Of a DNA stretch of 64,000 nucleotides, positions 48,905 through 61,500 are shown in pieces (within the stretch, counting starts at the first letter, position 1; each line of letters opens with the position of its first letter). The stretch lies in contig CATNEN010000007.1 in assembly GCA_950097015.1 (NCBI GenBank), positions 7,812,001 through 7,876,000 of the forward strand, read 5' to 3'. Under the pieces are notes generated by a model, which was not told where the DNA came from, made no database searches, and was given only the letters and a program-made list of their open reading frames with translations. The DNA comes from Macrostomum hystrix (taxonomy: Eukaryota > Animalia > Platyhelminthes). Made by a program: the position numbers and the translations under genes.

Positions 48905-49880
48905 GTCACTTGCTGTAAACTGTCAACAGCTGTCAAATGTCATTAGCTGTCAACTGTCACCAACCGTCAATTGTCACTAGCTTTTAACTGTCACCAGCTG
49001 TAAACTGTCACCAGCTGTAAACTGTCACCAGCTGTAAACTGTCACCAGCTGTCAACTGTCACCAGCTGTAAACTGTCACCAGCTGTCAACTGTCACCAGC
49101 TGTAAACTGTCACCAGCTGTCAACTGTCACCAGCTGTAAACTGTCACCAGCTGTCAACTGTCACCAGCTGTCAACTGTCACCAGCTGTAAATTGTCACCA
49201 GCTGTAAATTGTCACCAGCTGTCAATTGTCACTAGCTTTCAACTGTCACCAGCTGTAATTGTCACCAGCTGTCAATTGTCACTAGCTTTTAACTGTCACC
49301 AGCTGTAATTGTCACCAGCTGTAAATTGTCACCAGCTGTAAACTGTCACCAGCTGTAAATTGTCACCAGCTGTAAATTGTCACCAGCTGTCAATTGTCAC
49401 TAGCTTTCAACTGTCACCAGCTGTAATTGTCACCAGCTGTCAATTGTCACTAGCTTTCAACTGTCACCAGCTGTAATTGTCACCAGCTGTAAATTGTCAC
49501 CAGCTGTCAACTGTCATTAGCTGTCAACTGTCACCAACCGTCAATTGTCACTATCTATCAACTGTCACCAGCTGTCAACTTTCACCAGCTGTCAACTGTC
49601 ATTAGGTGTCAACTGTCACCAACCGTCAATTGTCACTATCTATCAACTGTCACTAGCTGTCAACTGTCACTAGCTGTCAACTGTCACCAACCGTCAATTG
49701 TCACTATCTATCAACTGTCACCAGCTGTCAACTGTCACTAGCTGTCAACTGTCACCAACCGTCAATTGTCACTATCTATCAACTGTCACTAGCTGTCAAC
49801 TGTCATTATCCGTCAAATGTCACTAGCAGTCGACTTTCACTAGCAGTCAGGTGACACTGGCTGTCAATGTCAGTTGTCAC
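48905..49880. repeat. 17-bp minisatellite AACTGTCACCAGCTGT(A/C), about 55 copies
   Basis: Seen directly. Confidence 0.95.
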
Positions 49881-50539
49881 TAACAGTCTCGAATCGGAAT
49901 TATCAAAGTCGAAAACTTGGCGTCAGTCTCTCTTGCAACAGCCCAGTCAGTGGTTGCCGCGGAGCAGCATTGAGTGCAGCAGACCTCACTGACAGGAGAA
50001 AAACTGGATATTTTCTCGCCGGCATCAGACGCAGACAAGAAAGATCCCAGATTCGATCCCAAAGCTGGCAATAAAATGAATGATGGCTGCAAGTGATTCT
50101 GCAGGGAGTTGAGCCGGCTGTACTCACACAGATAGTGAGTCCCTCGTGCATTATTAATTCGATTTGGGACGCCAGAGGGGGAAGCTGGGGCGTGGCAGCC
50201 TTTCAAGTCCCCCTCATCAGCGAAGCAGTTTCACTTGCCCACCTGCCAGGGACTCCCGTTTCGGCCATGCTGGAATCGATCCCGCAGGCCTCATAAAGTC
50301 AGGAGGCCGACAATGCGCTAGCATTGATTGCCGATTGCCCGGCAATAGGAATTCATTATTAAACTGGAAAAGGCCGTTCACTTGCCGGCACTGTGATCCC
50401 CACTTGCTGATCCCAGCACGGAAGTTCAAGAGCTCCTCTGTAGTCACTCCCGTTCTCTCTGAGATTCTCAATGCGATTCCATAGTCATCTCTACCCCTAA
50501 TCACCCCCTTATCTCCTAATCCACCCCTCTACGCTAACC

Positions 50540-50810
50540 GACTCCACCATGGTCTTGTAAACCCTCTAGTAAACTCCACCTTAGTCTTGTAAACCCCATA
50601 CCCCTCTAGTAAACTCCCCCTTGGTCTTGTAAACCCCATACCTCTCTATAGTAAACTCCACCTTGGTCTTCCTTGTAAACCCCATACCCCTCTAGTAAAC
50701 TCCACATTGGTCTTCCTTGTAAACCCCATACCCCTCTAGTAAACTCCACCTTGGTCTTGTAAACCCCATACCCCTCTAGTAAACTCCACCTTGGTCTTGT
50801 AAAGCCTCCG
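50540..50810. repeat. 40/44-bp minisatellite AAACTCCACCTTGGTCTTGTAAACCCCATACCCCTCTAGT, about 6 copies
   Basis: Seen directly. Confidence 0.92.
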
Positions 50811-51517
50811 CGATTCCATGAGGAAACTCCACAATGGCCTTATAAATAATTTGTAACTAGAGCAAACTGCATGGTATTTTAACTGTCTATGTACTAAATT
50901 CTATGTACTAAACTCCTGACATTGCTCTCTAATATATCTGAGAAGTTCGCGCTACTTGTCAAAAGGAACAGAAGTCTGTCCATTTGAATAATTGATTTCT
51001 TAATTCATTGACTGGCTCAATTGTCAAGGGACTTCTGCAATACTTGTGCGACTGTCCAGTGATTTTCCGGTGAATAGGAGATAAGAAACGATAAGTTTAA
51101 ATTCACGCAAAACGTCTGCGCTAGGATTCACGATTGAAGCGCCATTTCTGGACTCTCTAACCGGAAGGAATTGCATTCGTTATAAACTTGCCATAGACAT
51201 GGCATTCCCGGAACCCGATGCGTCATTCTGGGATCGCGTTGATGCCATTTCCGGAGCCTGGTGCATTGGTTCTGCCCAAAGACAGAAATTAGTGGAGAGA
51301 ACTGCCACTTTGGGTTTGAACTGGCAGAGAGAACAAGTTACAAGCCGTGGTAAGAAATCGGGGTTGTGGGGGCGAAGCCCCCACTTTCTACCATAGAATA
51401 TGTTTAGCTAAGCTATGTCATAAGATAAATAGCACAAGGAAAGGAAATCTATCGGATATTAAGCCCGAGAGAATCTAAGACGACCTGAACCTAGACGAGC
51501 ATCTAAAATCGTCTGAA

Positions 51518-52035
51518 ATGGAGCACGGCAGCTACCCGAGTGGTTTACTGGATATTTCTCGCGAAGACGTGGTAGGTCTTTCGCTAAAAGAACTCAAGAA
51601 GAGGATAAACGCCGAGAAACATGATATCTGCCTGTCCTACATTGAGAACGAGTTGAGTGCATTGTCGACTAATCAACTGGACGTTTCAACGGTGGATGAG
51701 TACTTCGACACCAATGGACTTCGGCTGAAGACTCCAATGGACTCGGTCATAATTAACGAGGTAAATGCCAAGGTAGACAACTTGGAGAAGAGATGCCCAA
51801 ATGCAATCAGTGTTTCCAAGCAAGGAGTGTGCTGCTGTGCGAAAACTTACTAATATTTTTCGCCACTCGAGGAATCGACATCGTTCGGGAGACATGCCCT
51901 ATCGAGATTCTGGCTGACCGCATACGTTTGTTTTTTGGTTTGATTCGTTGCAAGGACGGTGAATTGTATTCTCCATCGACGTTGATCGCATACCGAGCTG
52001 CTTTGTTCCGATACTTCCGACGCGTGCATGGCATT
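51518..52035 (+). pseudogene. Frameshifted Crypton-type tyrosine-recombinase (DUF3504/QRICH1/ZMYM-related) fragment
   Basis: PIEILADRIRLFFGLIRCKDGELYSPSTLIAYRAALFRYFRR fits the LxxxLxxF...RxKDGxxYxPxTL...ALxRY pattern of Crypton-derived domains. It is split over two overlapping frames and truncated before the catalytic region. Confidence 0.6.
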
Positions 52036-52549
52036 AAGAGGTTTTACCATAGACATGACATTCCCGGATCGTGTTGGCATCCCAGAAACGACACAGAGGG
52101 GTAGCAAATTTAGAGGGAATGACTTTTTGGTTGTGTAATTTAGCAGCCGAGTCGTTTAAAACTTTTTGGTCTATGGGAAAAGTCGACCGACAGAGAAAGA
52201 GAACAGACGCAGGGGGCAATCGGCAAGAAGAAGAAGACATTTTCTGAGTAGCGAATGGATTATAGAGAGAAACAAAACAAGATAAGGAATTCGAGCGAGC
52301 ATAAAATTGTTTTATCCCCTTATGGGATTGTCTGTTAAACAGCCCAGGGGTTAAAAATCGTTGGGTGGGAAGGCTGCATGCAGGAGGGGATTTAGGCGGC
52401 TGCAGCAATCTGAGCATGGCAGCCGGTGGGTCGCATAAACCATTGAGGATTCTAATCCCGAGGTGAAAATCACGCGCCCATCCGACTTGCTAACATGCGG
52501 CATTCACAACACTGGGCTTTGGCTCAAGATGAGAGGTAGGAGAAGAGAG

Positions 52550-53352
52550 ACGGACAGACAGACAGGCAGGCAGACAGACAGTCAGGCAGACAGACAGACA
52601 GACAGGCAGACAGACAGACAGAAAGACAGGCAGACAGACGGACAGACAGACGGACAGACAGGCAGACAGACAGACAAGTAGACAGACAGACGGACAGACA
52701 GACGGTCCGACAGACAGGCAGACAGGCAGACAGACAGGCAGACAGACAGGCAGACAGACAGGCAGACAGGCAGGCAGACAGACAGGCAGACAGGCAGACA
52801 GACAGGCAGACAGGCAGACAGACAGACAGACAGGCAGACAGACAGACAGAAAGACAGGCAGACGGACAGACAGGCAGACAGACAGACAAGTAGACAGACA
52901 GACGGACAGACAGGCAGACAGACAGACAGGCAGACAGACAGACAGACAGGCAGACAGACAGACAGAAAGACAGGCAGACAGACGGACAGACAGACGGACA
53001 GACAGGCAGACAGACAGACAAGTAGACAGACAGACGGACAGACAGACGGTCCGACAGACAGGCAGACAGGCAGACAGACAGACAGACAGGCAGACAGACA
53101 GACAGAAAGACAGGCAGACAGACGGACAGACAGACGGACAGACAGGCAGACAGACAGACAAGTAGACAGACAGACGGACAGACAGACGGTCCGACAGACA
53201 GGCAGACAGGCAGACAGACAGGCAGACAGGCAGGCAGACAGACAGGCAGGCAGGCAGGCAGACAGACAGGCAGACAGGCAGACAGACAGGCAGGCAGACA
53301 GACAGGCAGACAGGCAGACAGACAGGCAGACAGACAGGCAGACAGGCAGGCA
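52550..53352. repeat. (GACA/GGCA)n compound microsatellite with duplicated blocks
   Basis: Seen directly; the marker GACAAGTAGAC recurs four times. Confidence 0.96.
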
Positions 53353-54404
53353 GAGCTAAACAAAAACATTCGCTCCTTTCTGAAACCCAATAAACGCAAG
53401 CGCTGCAACAAAATGAGAGTCAAAATCGCAGATTGCTGCACATTTTCGTGCCGAATGTATGATGGCACTCAATGACAACATTATTGATAATTATATTAAT
53501 AATGAACAAAAAATTATAATTATTTTTGCAGTTGCAGCTAAATAAGTAACGAATACAACAAAATGGTTTTCGTTTGTTAAAACAAACGCAATTTCCAGGA
53601 TTGGATGGGACGAAGCGAATGACAAAACATTCTGGGCGATGACGGCAAAAGCGAAAAATTTCGAAAATGAAATTCCGGTGTGACTGAATTTGAATAGACG
53701 TCAAATTGTAACAGTAGCCTAAATTGTACTATGTGTTGGGGGGGGGCAAGTTCGTTATTGCAAGACAGACAGATTATTTAGTGCATTTTGATTGCAGTGT
53801 TGGCTTTTGGATTTCTGGCTGAAATTTTCCTCCGAAAGAGTAATAAAACACACTGGACTAGACAAATAAAATCATTTCGTTTCTAGGAAATGAGTCGAGT
53901 GTCTGGGACTCAATAAATGATTCAATTGACGTAAATAAAGCTAACTGACTACAAGTCTAGGACGTACTGTAAAATAAATGTTGTTTTAATTGCTACAACA
54001 ATAAAATTGCAAAGCAAAGCAAAAAAACAGTAAAAACGGATAAAAAAAAGACACGAGCCACTTGTGCAGATTCATGACCAGAGCGGTTCAAATCGAAAAT
54101 GTCAAATCCTGACGAATTCGGGTCAGTGGCTGGGTGAATATATAAAAAAATATGCGTAAAATGGTAAGAATCCGATCAATTTGTTCAGGCATCGAGCTAA
54201 ACAAATAAAATACAGAAAGTAAAAAAGTTGCAACAAAATACTTTCCGTACCAAAAATCTCAGGTGCCGGTCTCAAAATTTCTTTGTTGCGATGTGGGAAA
54301 AATCGAAGCAAATATAAAAGCAAGACAATGTACAGCAAGCCAGCCACATGGGAAGAACTGTGGGACGAGTGGGAATCGAGCTGATTGAATAATGAAACCG
54401 GGTC

Positions 54405-55420
54405 AGGGTCTTTGGATAGGGATATGGGTCATTGGATATGGATCTGGGTCATTGGATAGGGATATGGATCATTGGATATGGATCTGGGTCATTGGATATG
54501 GATCTGGGTCATTGGATATGGATCTGGGTCATTGGATATGGATCTGGGTCATTGGATATGGATCTGGGTCATTGTATAGGGATATGGGTCATTGGATATG
54601 GATCTGGGTCATTGGATATGGATCTGGGTCATTGGATAGGGATATGGGTCATTGGATATGGATCTGGGTCATTGGATATGGATCTGGGTCATTGGATATG
54701 GATCTGGGTCATTGGATATGGATCTGGGTCATTGGATATGGATATGGGTCATTGGATATGGATCTGGGTCATTGGATATGGATCTGGGTCATTGGATATG
54801 GATCTGGGTCTTTGGATATGGATCTGGGTCTTTGGATAGGGATATGGGTCATTGGATATGGATCTGGGTCATTGGAAAGGGATATGGGTCATTGGATATG
54901 GATCTCGGTCATTGGATATGGATATGGGTCATTGGATATGGATCTGGGTCCTTGGATATGGATATGGGTCATTGGATATGGATATAGGTCATTGGATATG
55001 GATCTGGGTCTTTGGATATGGATATAGGTCATTGGATATGGATATGGGTCATTGGATAGGGATATGGGTCTTTGAATAGGGATATGGGTCATTGGATAGG
55101 GATATGGGTCATTGGATATGGATCTGGGTCTTTGGATAGGGATATGGGTCATTGGATATGGATCTGGGTCATTGGAAAGGGATATGGGTCATTGGATATG
55201 GATCTCGGTCATTGGATATGGATATGGGTCATTGGATATGGATCTGGGTCCTTGGATATGGATCTGGGTCATTGGATATGGATCTGGGTCATTGGATATG
55301 GATATGGGTCTTTGGATATGGATCTGGGTCTTTGGATAGGGATCTAGGTCATTGTAGAGGGATCTATGTCATTGTATAGGTATATGGGTATTTGAATAGA
55401 GATCTGGGTCATTGAATGAG
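54405..55420. repeat. 20-bp minisatellite GGATCTGGGTCATTGGATAT, about 50 copies
   Basis: Seen directly; just downstream of the espin-like stop. Confidence 0.96.
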
Positions 55421-55578
55421 GATCTGGCCATTGGAAAGGGAAAAGTCCAGGTACATTGGTCGAAACTGTCACATAAACATTGAAAAAGTATTCAACTTTT
55501 TTTGTTAAAAAACCGAAGGATAAAATGAAGCAGATATGCGTAGATCCAAATAGCACAGAAGCATTCGGGCTCCACCAG

Positions 55579-58500
55579 TCAGGCCAGGCCTTTCTTCTTC
55601 AGCAGGATGCTCCGCTTCCAGTCCGGCATGCCGGCCAGCCGCTCAGCCTCCTCCGCCTCCCGACGCTGCCGCTCCGCCTCCGGCTGATGATCATCGCGAA
55701 TCCGTGCCTGCCGCTGCTCCAGCAGGCTGCGCTTCCAGTCGGGCACGCTGGACAGGCGCGCCTCCTCGGCTAGGCGGGCCGCCTCGGCGGCGGCGTGCGC
55801 CTCCAGGGCCTCCCGATTGCGCCGCTCGAGCATGGCGCGGCGCCAGTCGGGTGCGCTGGCCGGAATAGCCGAGTAGCCCGGCACAGAGGCGTCAACGCCG
55901 TCGGCGTCAACGAATGACTCTATCGTTGCCGACTCCTTGTCGATTGCACAGACGGCTTCCTTCGGCGGTGGCGACGGAGGCGCCGGTGGAGGCGGAGCGG
56001 CGGCAGCCACGGGACGGAGAAGAAGCGCCGGCGGAGGCGGCGGCAGCTGGCTGGGGTCGAAGTGGTCAGCGGATGTCGAATTTGACTGCTGCTGCTGCTG
56101 GTCCGCAGTAGACTTGCGCAGGCTGACGCCCTGCTGCAGTTGAGCAATTAGGGCCGCCTGCTGCGGCGGCTGCTGCTGGAGAGCCGAGACCGCGACCGGG
56201 GACTCGCAGTTCGAGCTTGACCGGCCGACTAAAGAATTTTAGGGGAATGGGTGATCGGGAGGCATTTAAGTGTGTACAGGTCTGAAATACGGGTAAGGGT
56301 ATATAGTAAAGCTATTTACTACTTGAAGGGATTAAGTTGCTACAAAAATGCCGAGTCAATGATTGAACTGCTTGCCTGGCTTGCACTCTACGGTAGCAGG
56401 TAAAACAAGGACAGAAAGAGGCCAAAAATAGGCAACATCAAATGGCATGGAACTGTCAAGAATGAAATGACGACTTGTAACTTGAGATGTGCTCAATCAG
56501 TGACCTCAATACGAGTACAAATGGAGAATTAAACTTGCTTAGAAGACAATTTGACACAGCATACCTTTCTTGCCGACCAACAGCGGCTTACTAGGCGACG
56601 CAACCGGTGTGACACTTGGCTGAGCGACCCGAATTAGCCCCGTCGAAATGGGCGGTTCCGGTGGCGGTGGCGGAGGAGCTCCAGGAGGATGTTGATGATG
56701 ATGCTGCTGCTGCTGCTGCAAAGGCCGCGTCTGCTGCTGCAGACGGGTTGGCGTTCCGAATGTAGAAGACACAGGGGAAGCAGCAGCTGGCGAGCCGGGT
56801 AAATGGCCGACGTCCGGCGGCTGCTTCTGCGGCGGCGCCTTTGAAGATTGAACAAGCGGCTGCGGCGGCGCCTTTGAAGGCCCAACAAGCGGCTGCAGCG
56901 GCGCCTTTGAAGATTGAACAAGCGGCTGCGGCGGCGCCTTTGAAGGCTCAAACTGCGGCTGCGGCGGCGCCTTTGAAGGTTGAATTAGCGGTGGCGGCGG
57001 CGCCTTTGAAGGCTCAACAAACGGCTGAGGCGGCGCCTTTGAAGGTTGAACCAGCGGCTGCGGCTTTGAAATCTGACCTAGAGAAGGCGGTGCTTGCGGC
57101 GGCGCCTTTGAAGCCTGTGGCTGCGTCGGCTGTTTAGGAGGCGGGGCCCGATTGAACCGACTCAGAATTTCCGACACGGAGGGCACATCGGTCTCGATCG
57201 CTGCCTCGGCTGAGGAGGCAGTGGGAAGGTCTGTCACGGCATCCTGCTGCTGCTTCTGTGCCGGCGGAGGTGGCGGAGGTTGCGGTGTCGGCGGCGTCAG
57301 TAGCTCTGAAGGCGGCGGCAAAGGTGGCGACGAAGGTGAAAGCTGTTGACCCGAACGAGAACTGAGACAGGTGCCAGGATTTCGCTTAGGTACATTTGGC
57401 TTGTGCTGCGGCTGCTGCTGCTGTGGCGGTGGTGGTGGTGGTGATGGTGGTGGTGGTAACTGTTGCTGCTGACTTCGCTGATGCTGACGGCCGAAGCTGC
57501 TGCAAGTCGGCGGCACATCGGGCGCCAGCGGCTGGTGCTGCGGAATCGGCGGCAGGCTGCCGCTGTTGGTGGGGGTGGTGCTGAGGCCGGCGGCCTCCGC
57601 GGCATCCGAAAACGGCGCTGCCGGCGTGTCGAACTCTGGCGGGGGAAGCAGGCAGTCTGCAAGGTGCGAAATAGAGATGGCGCTAATTATGAGACAGCTT
57701 GGTTTGGACACAAAAACTTTGCTTCTTTCCTTGTGTCAGGTTAAAAAAGTAAAACCAATTAACTGATATATTTAAGCATGAAAAAATTTGTTGCGATTTT
57801 TTGAATAAAGAAACAATTTAACTGCTGCACTACTTATTAGTAGTATGCAGTGTAAAGTACAAGTTTCAACGGCAAAACCACTCACCGAAATCGCTGCAGT
57901 CCACCATTAGCTCCCCGCTTGAATTGCCGCCAGCTGCAGCGGCTGACATCCGGGCGTCGGCGACTGGGCCAGCCGAGGTGCAATAGGCGGCGGCGGCCAT
58001 CATGGCGCTGTCCTCCCTATCCGGCAGGTCGTACACGCCTTCCTGGAAATCCTCGGAGTCTTCAAATTCGCGCAGCACGGCGTCCAATTCTTCTAGCGAC
58101 TTGCGCACCTCTTCGCTCCTGCGGTGGGGATATTTTCGGGGATCGGTTTTAGGATTATTAATTCTACATATTCTTTTCTCAGGGGATGAGAGGTCTAATG
58201 GTCTAATGCGTTTTCCTCTCGCACTAAGGTCTTGAGCTCGATTCCGCAGTGAGGCCTCATTTGGTGAGCAGCCTGAGAGCAGCCTGAGGCCAAGAGATGG
58301 CTTGAGAGCTTGCCATGCAATTTACGACCCTAAGGGCCATCCATAAAGGCATAGTGAAAGTGTACACTGCCTAACGATGAGAAACTGTGCCTGCCTGCGT
58401 ACAGTATCTGTGTGCGTTGTGTGCTCAGGAGTCAGCGGAATGGGCTGAATTGCCTCCTCGCAGGCTGCGGATCTACTGTGCCAATGTCTGCAGCCCTCAT

Positions 58501-61500
58501 GCAATTTTTTTCTGTTTCTTCTCGTTCGTTTAAACAAAAATTTTGCGAGTCACACGGAAGGTCACAGCATGGCACTTTCATACGGGAAAGACATTCTCGC
58601 GCGCTCACTCACCCTAGAGATCCGAGGCTGGGGCCAGGCGAGGCGCCGCACCGGTGATCGCTGCCGCTGCCGCAGCCGCCAGACGAAGTCAGAGACTGAG
58701 CCCCGACGCTGGAGCGCTGAGAGCACCGCTGCTGCTGCTGCTGCTGCTGCTGCTGCAGATGTCTCTGATTCACAGTCACCGGCTGATCGTTTGAGCTTAG
58801 CGAATTCAACTGCTCACCAGCCTGACTGAGCAGCTGGTCGAGTGCGTCTAGAGACTGCTGGATAGCGCTGGCTCTGCGATGCGATGAAAATCAGAGGGAC
58901 TGCCTTCATCTACCTACTAACAGTAGTGCAGTCTGAGTGGCAAGGTAACTTTTACATATTATTTGAAATCGGGTGACAATCAGGGGGAAACACCTTGCCA
59001 CTGATAATGACCAGTGATAGTGATCGCTATTAAAAATCTGCAACAAAAGCCAAGTAAATGACCTACCACAGTGACCAACTAAGTAGTCTAGAACAATGAC
59101 CTACCACAGTGACCAACTAAGTAGTCTGGAACAATGACCTACCACAGTGACCAACTAAGTAGTCTAGAACAATGACCTACCACAGTGACCAACTAAGTAG
59201 TCTAGAACAATGACCTACCACAGTGACTAACTAAGTAGTCTAGAACAATGACCTACCACAGTGACTAACTAAGTAGTCTAGAACAATGACCTACCACAGT
59301 GACCAACTAAGTAGTCTAGAACAATGACCTACCACAGTGACCAACTAAGTAGTCTAGAACAATGACCAGCCACAATGACCAACTAAGTAGTCTAGAACAA
59401 TGACCAGCCACAATGACCAACTAAGTAGTCTAGAACAATGACCAGCCACAGTGACCAACAAAGCAGTCTAGAACAATGACCTGCCACAGCGACCAACTAA
59501 GTAGTCTAGAACAATGACCAGCCACAATGACCAACAAAGTAGTCTAGAACAATGACCAGCCACAGTGACCAACAAAGTAGTCTAGAACAATGACCAGCCA
59601 CAATGACCAACAAAGCAGTCTAGAACAATGACCTGCCACAGTGACCAACAAAGCAGTCTAGAACAATGACCTGCCACAGTGACCAATTAAGAAACAATGA
59701 CAAAATAAGTTTTCGGTCCACAATGGCCATATCGAAAAAATCTAGAAACACAGTAGACAAATGCTGACATTGAACTGGCGTCAAAAACAGTGCTAATCTC
59801 GCTAATGAACAATCCTAGTCATTTTCTAGTCGTCAGACAGAGAACTTCTCATATAGACCAGCGTTCTGTCACTTACCAAACGGCTTTTTCTATTTAGGAA
59901 GAACAGCAGCTGCCACTGAAGACTTATCGATAGAATTTCTCTCAAAAGCTCGGGTTTATGACTCGAATCGAACTTGTCTTTTTTATATATTTCCCCAATA
60001 GGGATTCGAAACGAGGAGAGTGACTGGGGTGAGGAGATGTGGTGTCGGGCATGGGCCGCACTGTGGGATGTAGGTGCTGGCAGTGGCAGGATCAATTTCC
60101 TGCACCGGGGGTGAGGAAAAACTGGCTCCCATTGCGTGGAAAATCTCTTCAAAAAATCACGACCAGTCATCAATGGGCACGCACGTGGCTTCAGGCCAGC
60201 TTCCGTTTGGCCTAGCCAATCAATAGAGTCTACTAATCATCTCAGTGATTTAGAATAACAATGTTTTATTCCTTTTGTGTGATAAAAAATACGAAACACA
60301 CAGGTCTGGAGTTCGACTTTAGCCAGTCCAGGTGGAAGAATCTGTGGCCCTAGAGCAAGATTAATCCCTCTAATTGTTTCCTTTCACTCAGCTGTAAAAT
60401 TGGTGTCAGCAATAACTATAGCATTTGATATTTAAATTATCTAATACAAATGAATGTGTATTGAAAAAGAGAATTTTATTTCGTTCCAAGCCTCTATACA
60501 CGGGCTGCAAATTGAACGCACTTATCTCGAATAGAACTTATGCTATATTCAAAATATCGCATGGTACGCATATAAAAAACTGCTCGCTACGGTGTAAGCC
60601 CATCCAGTCAATAAAACAGATGTACTAATACCCAAATCAACAGGCCACAACACATGAAATCGGCCCTGAACGCATGAGTCAGCCAACCGCAGTCAGGAAC
60701 GATGACATATGCAATACGCCTGCGAGCTCCATGTAATTAATCTGTTCAGCCAGACTGCACCGCAACAAGTGGTGCTGATACAGAGAAAGAAGGCTGACTT
60801 ATTAGGGCCGCTTCAGCTGGCTGCTGAGATTCATATATTGCCGCAAAAGTAATTTGGGCTAGCTTTCGGGCTGATCGTTTTATGGTGCTCCAGGCTGCGC
60901 AGTTGCAGCCACACGCGTAGGGCAGCGCAGCGTGGCCTTGTGTTTGTAGTTATCAAGTGAGAATACCCTCACATACCAGTTTAACTTACTAGCAACTGCG
61001 CACTGAGCTAGATGACGAGTCAATCCCAAATCCCAGAAGAAAGATAGAGCCCTTGAATCCCAAAGTTGTGCCACTCCCAGCCTCGATTCCAATAGTATTT
61101 CCGACGAGGTCAAGGATGGTGGGACAAGGGGGGGCAATCAAGGTCGACCCCGCACAGATGGGACGGCCTGCCTACCTTTACCGACTTCAATTAGCGGCTT
61201 CGAATCCCCAAGATGAGGATAACACTATCGACTGATTGACTGAACTCCCCTCAGGCTGCCGGGTCCGTCATGCTTTGCCGCCCAGCAGGGGGTACTGCCT
61301 CCGCTTTCCCAGGAGTGTCCGAGTGACTCATGAGCCGCATTCAAGCTAACTGGACCATGATGGGAGGCCCCGGAGGCAATGCGGAAGGAAGATGGCAGGG
61401 GGAAACCGATGTACCACCCCAAAAAAATTGAAAAGAGCAAAAAGAAATAGAAGAAAATGCGCAGTGGGCCGGCGGCCCTGACTTGTCTGGAACGACTAAA

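Noticed and set aside
49874-50504. Possible zinc-finger or transposon coding remnant (FTCRHC-like)
   Set aside because: Motifs are incomplete and scattered across frames; cannot be supported without a search.
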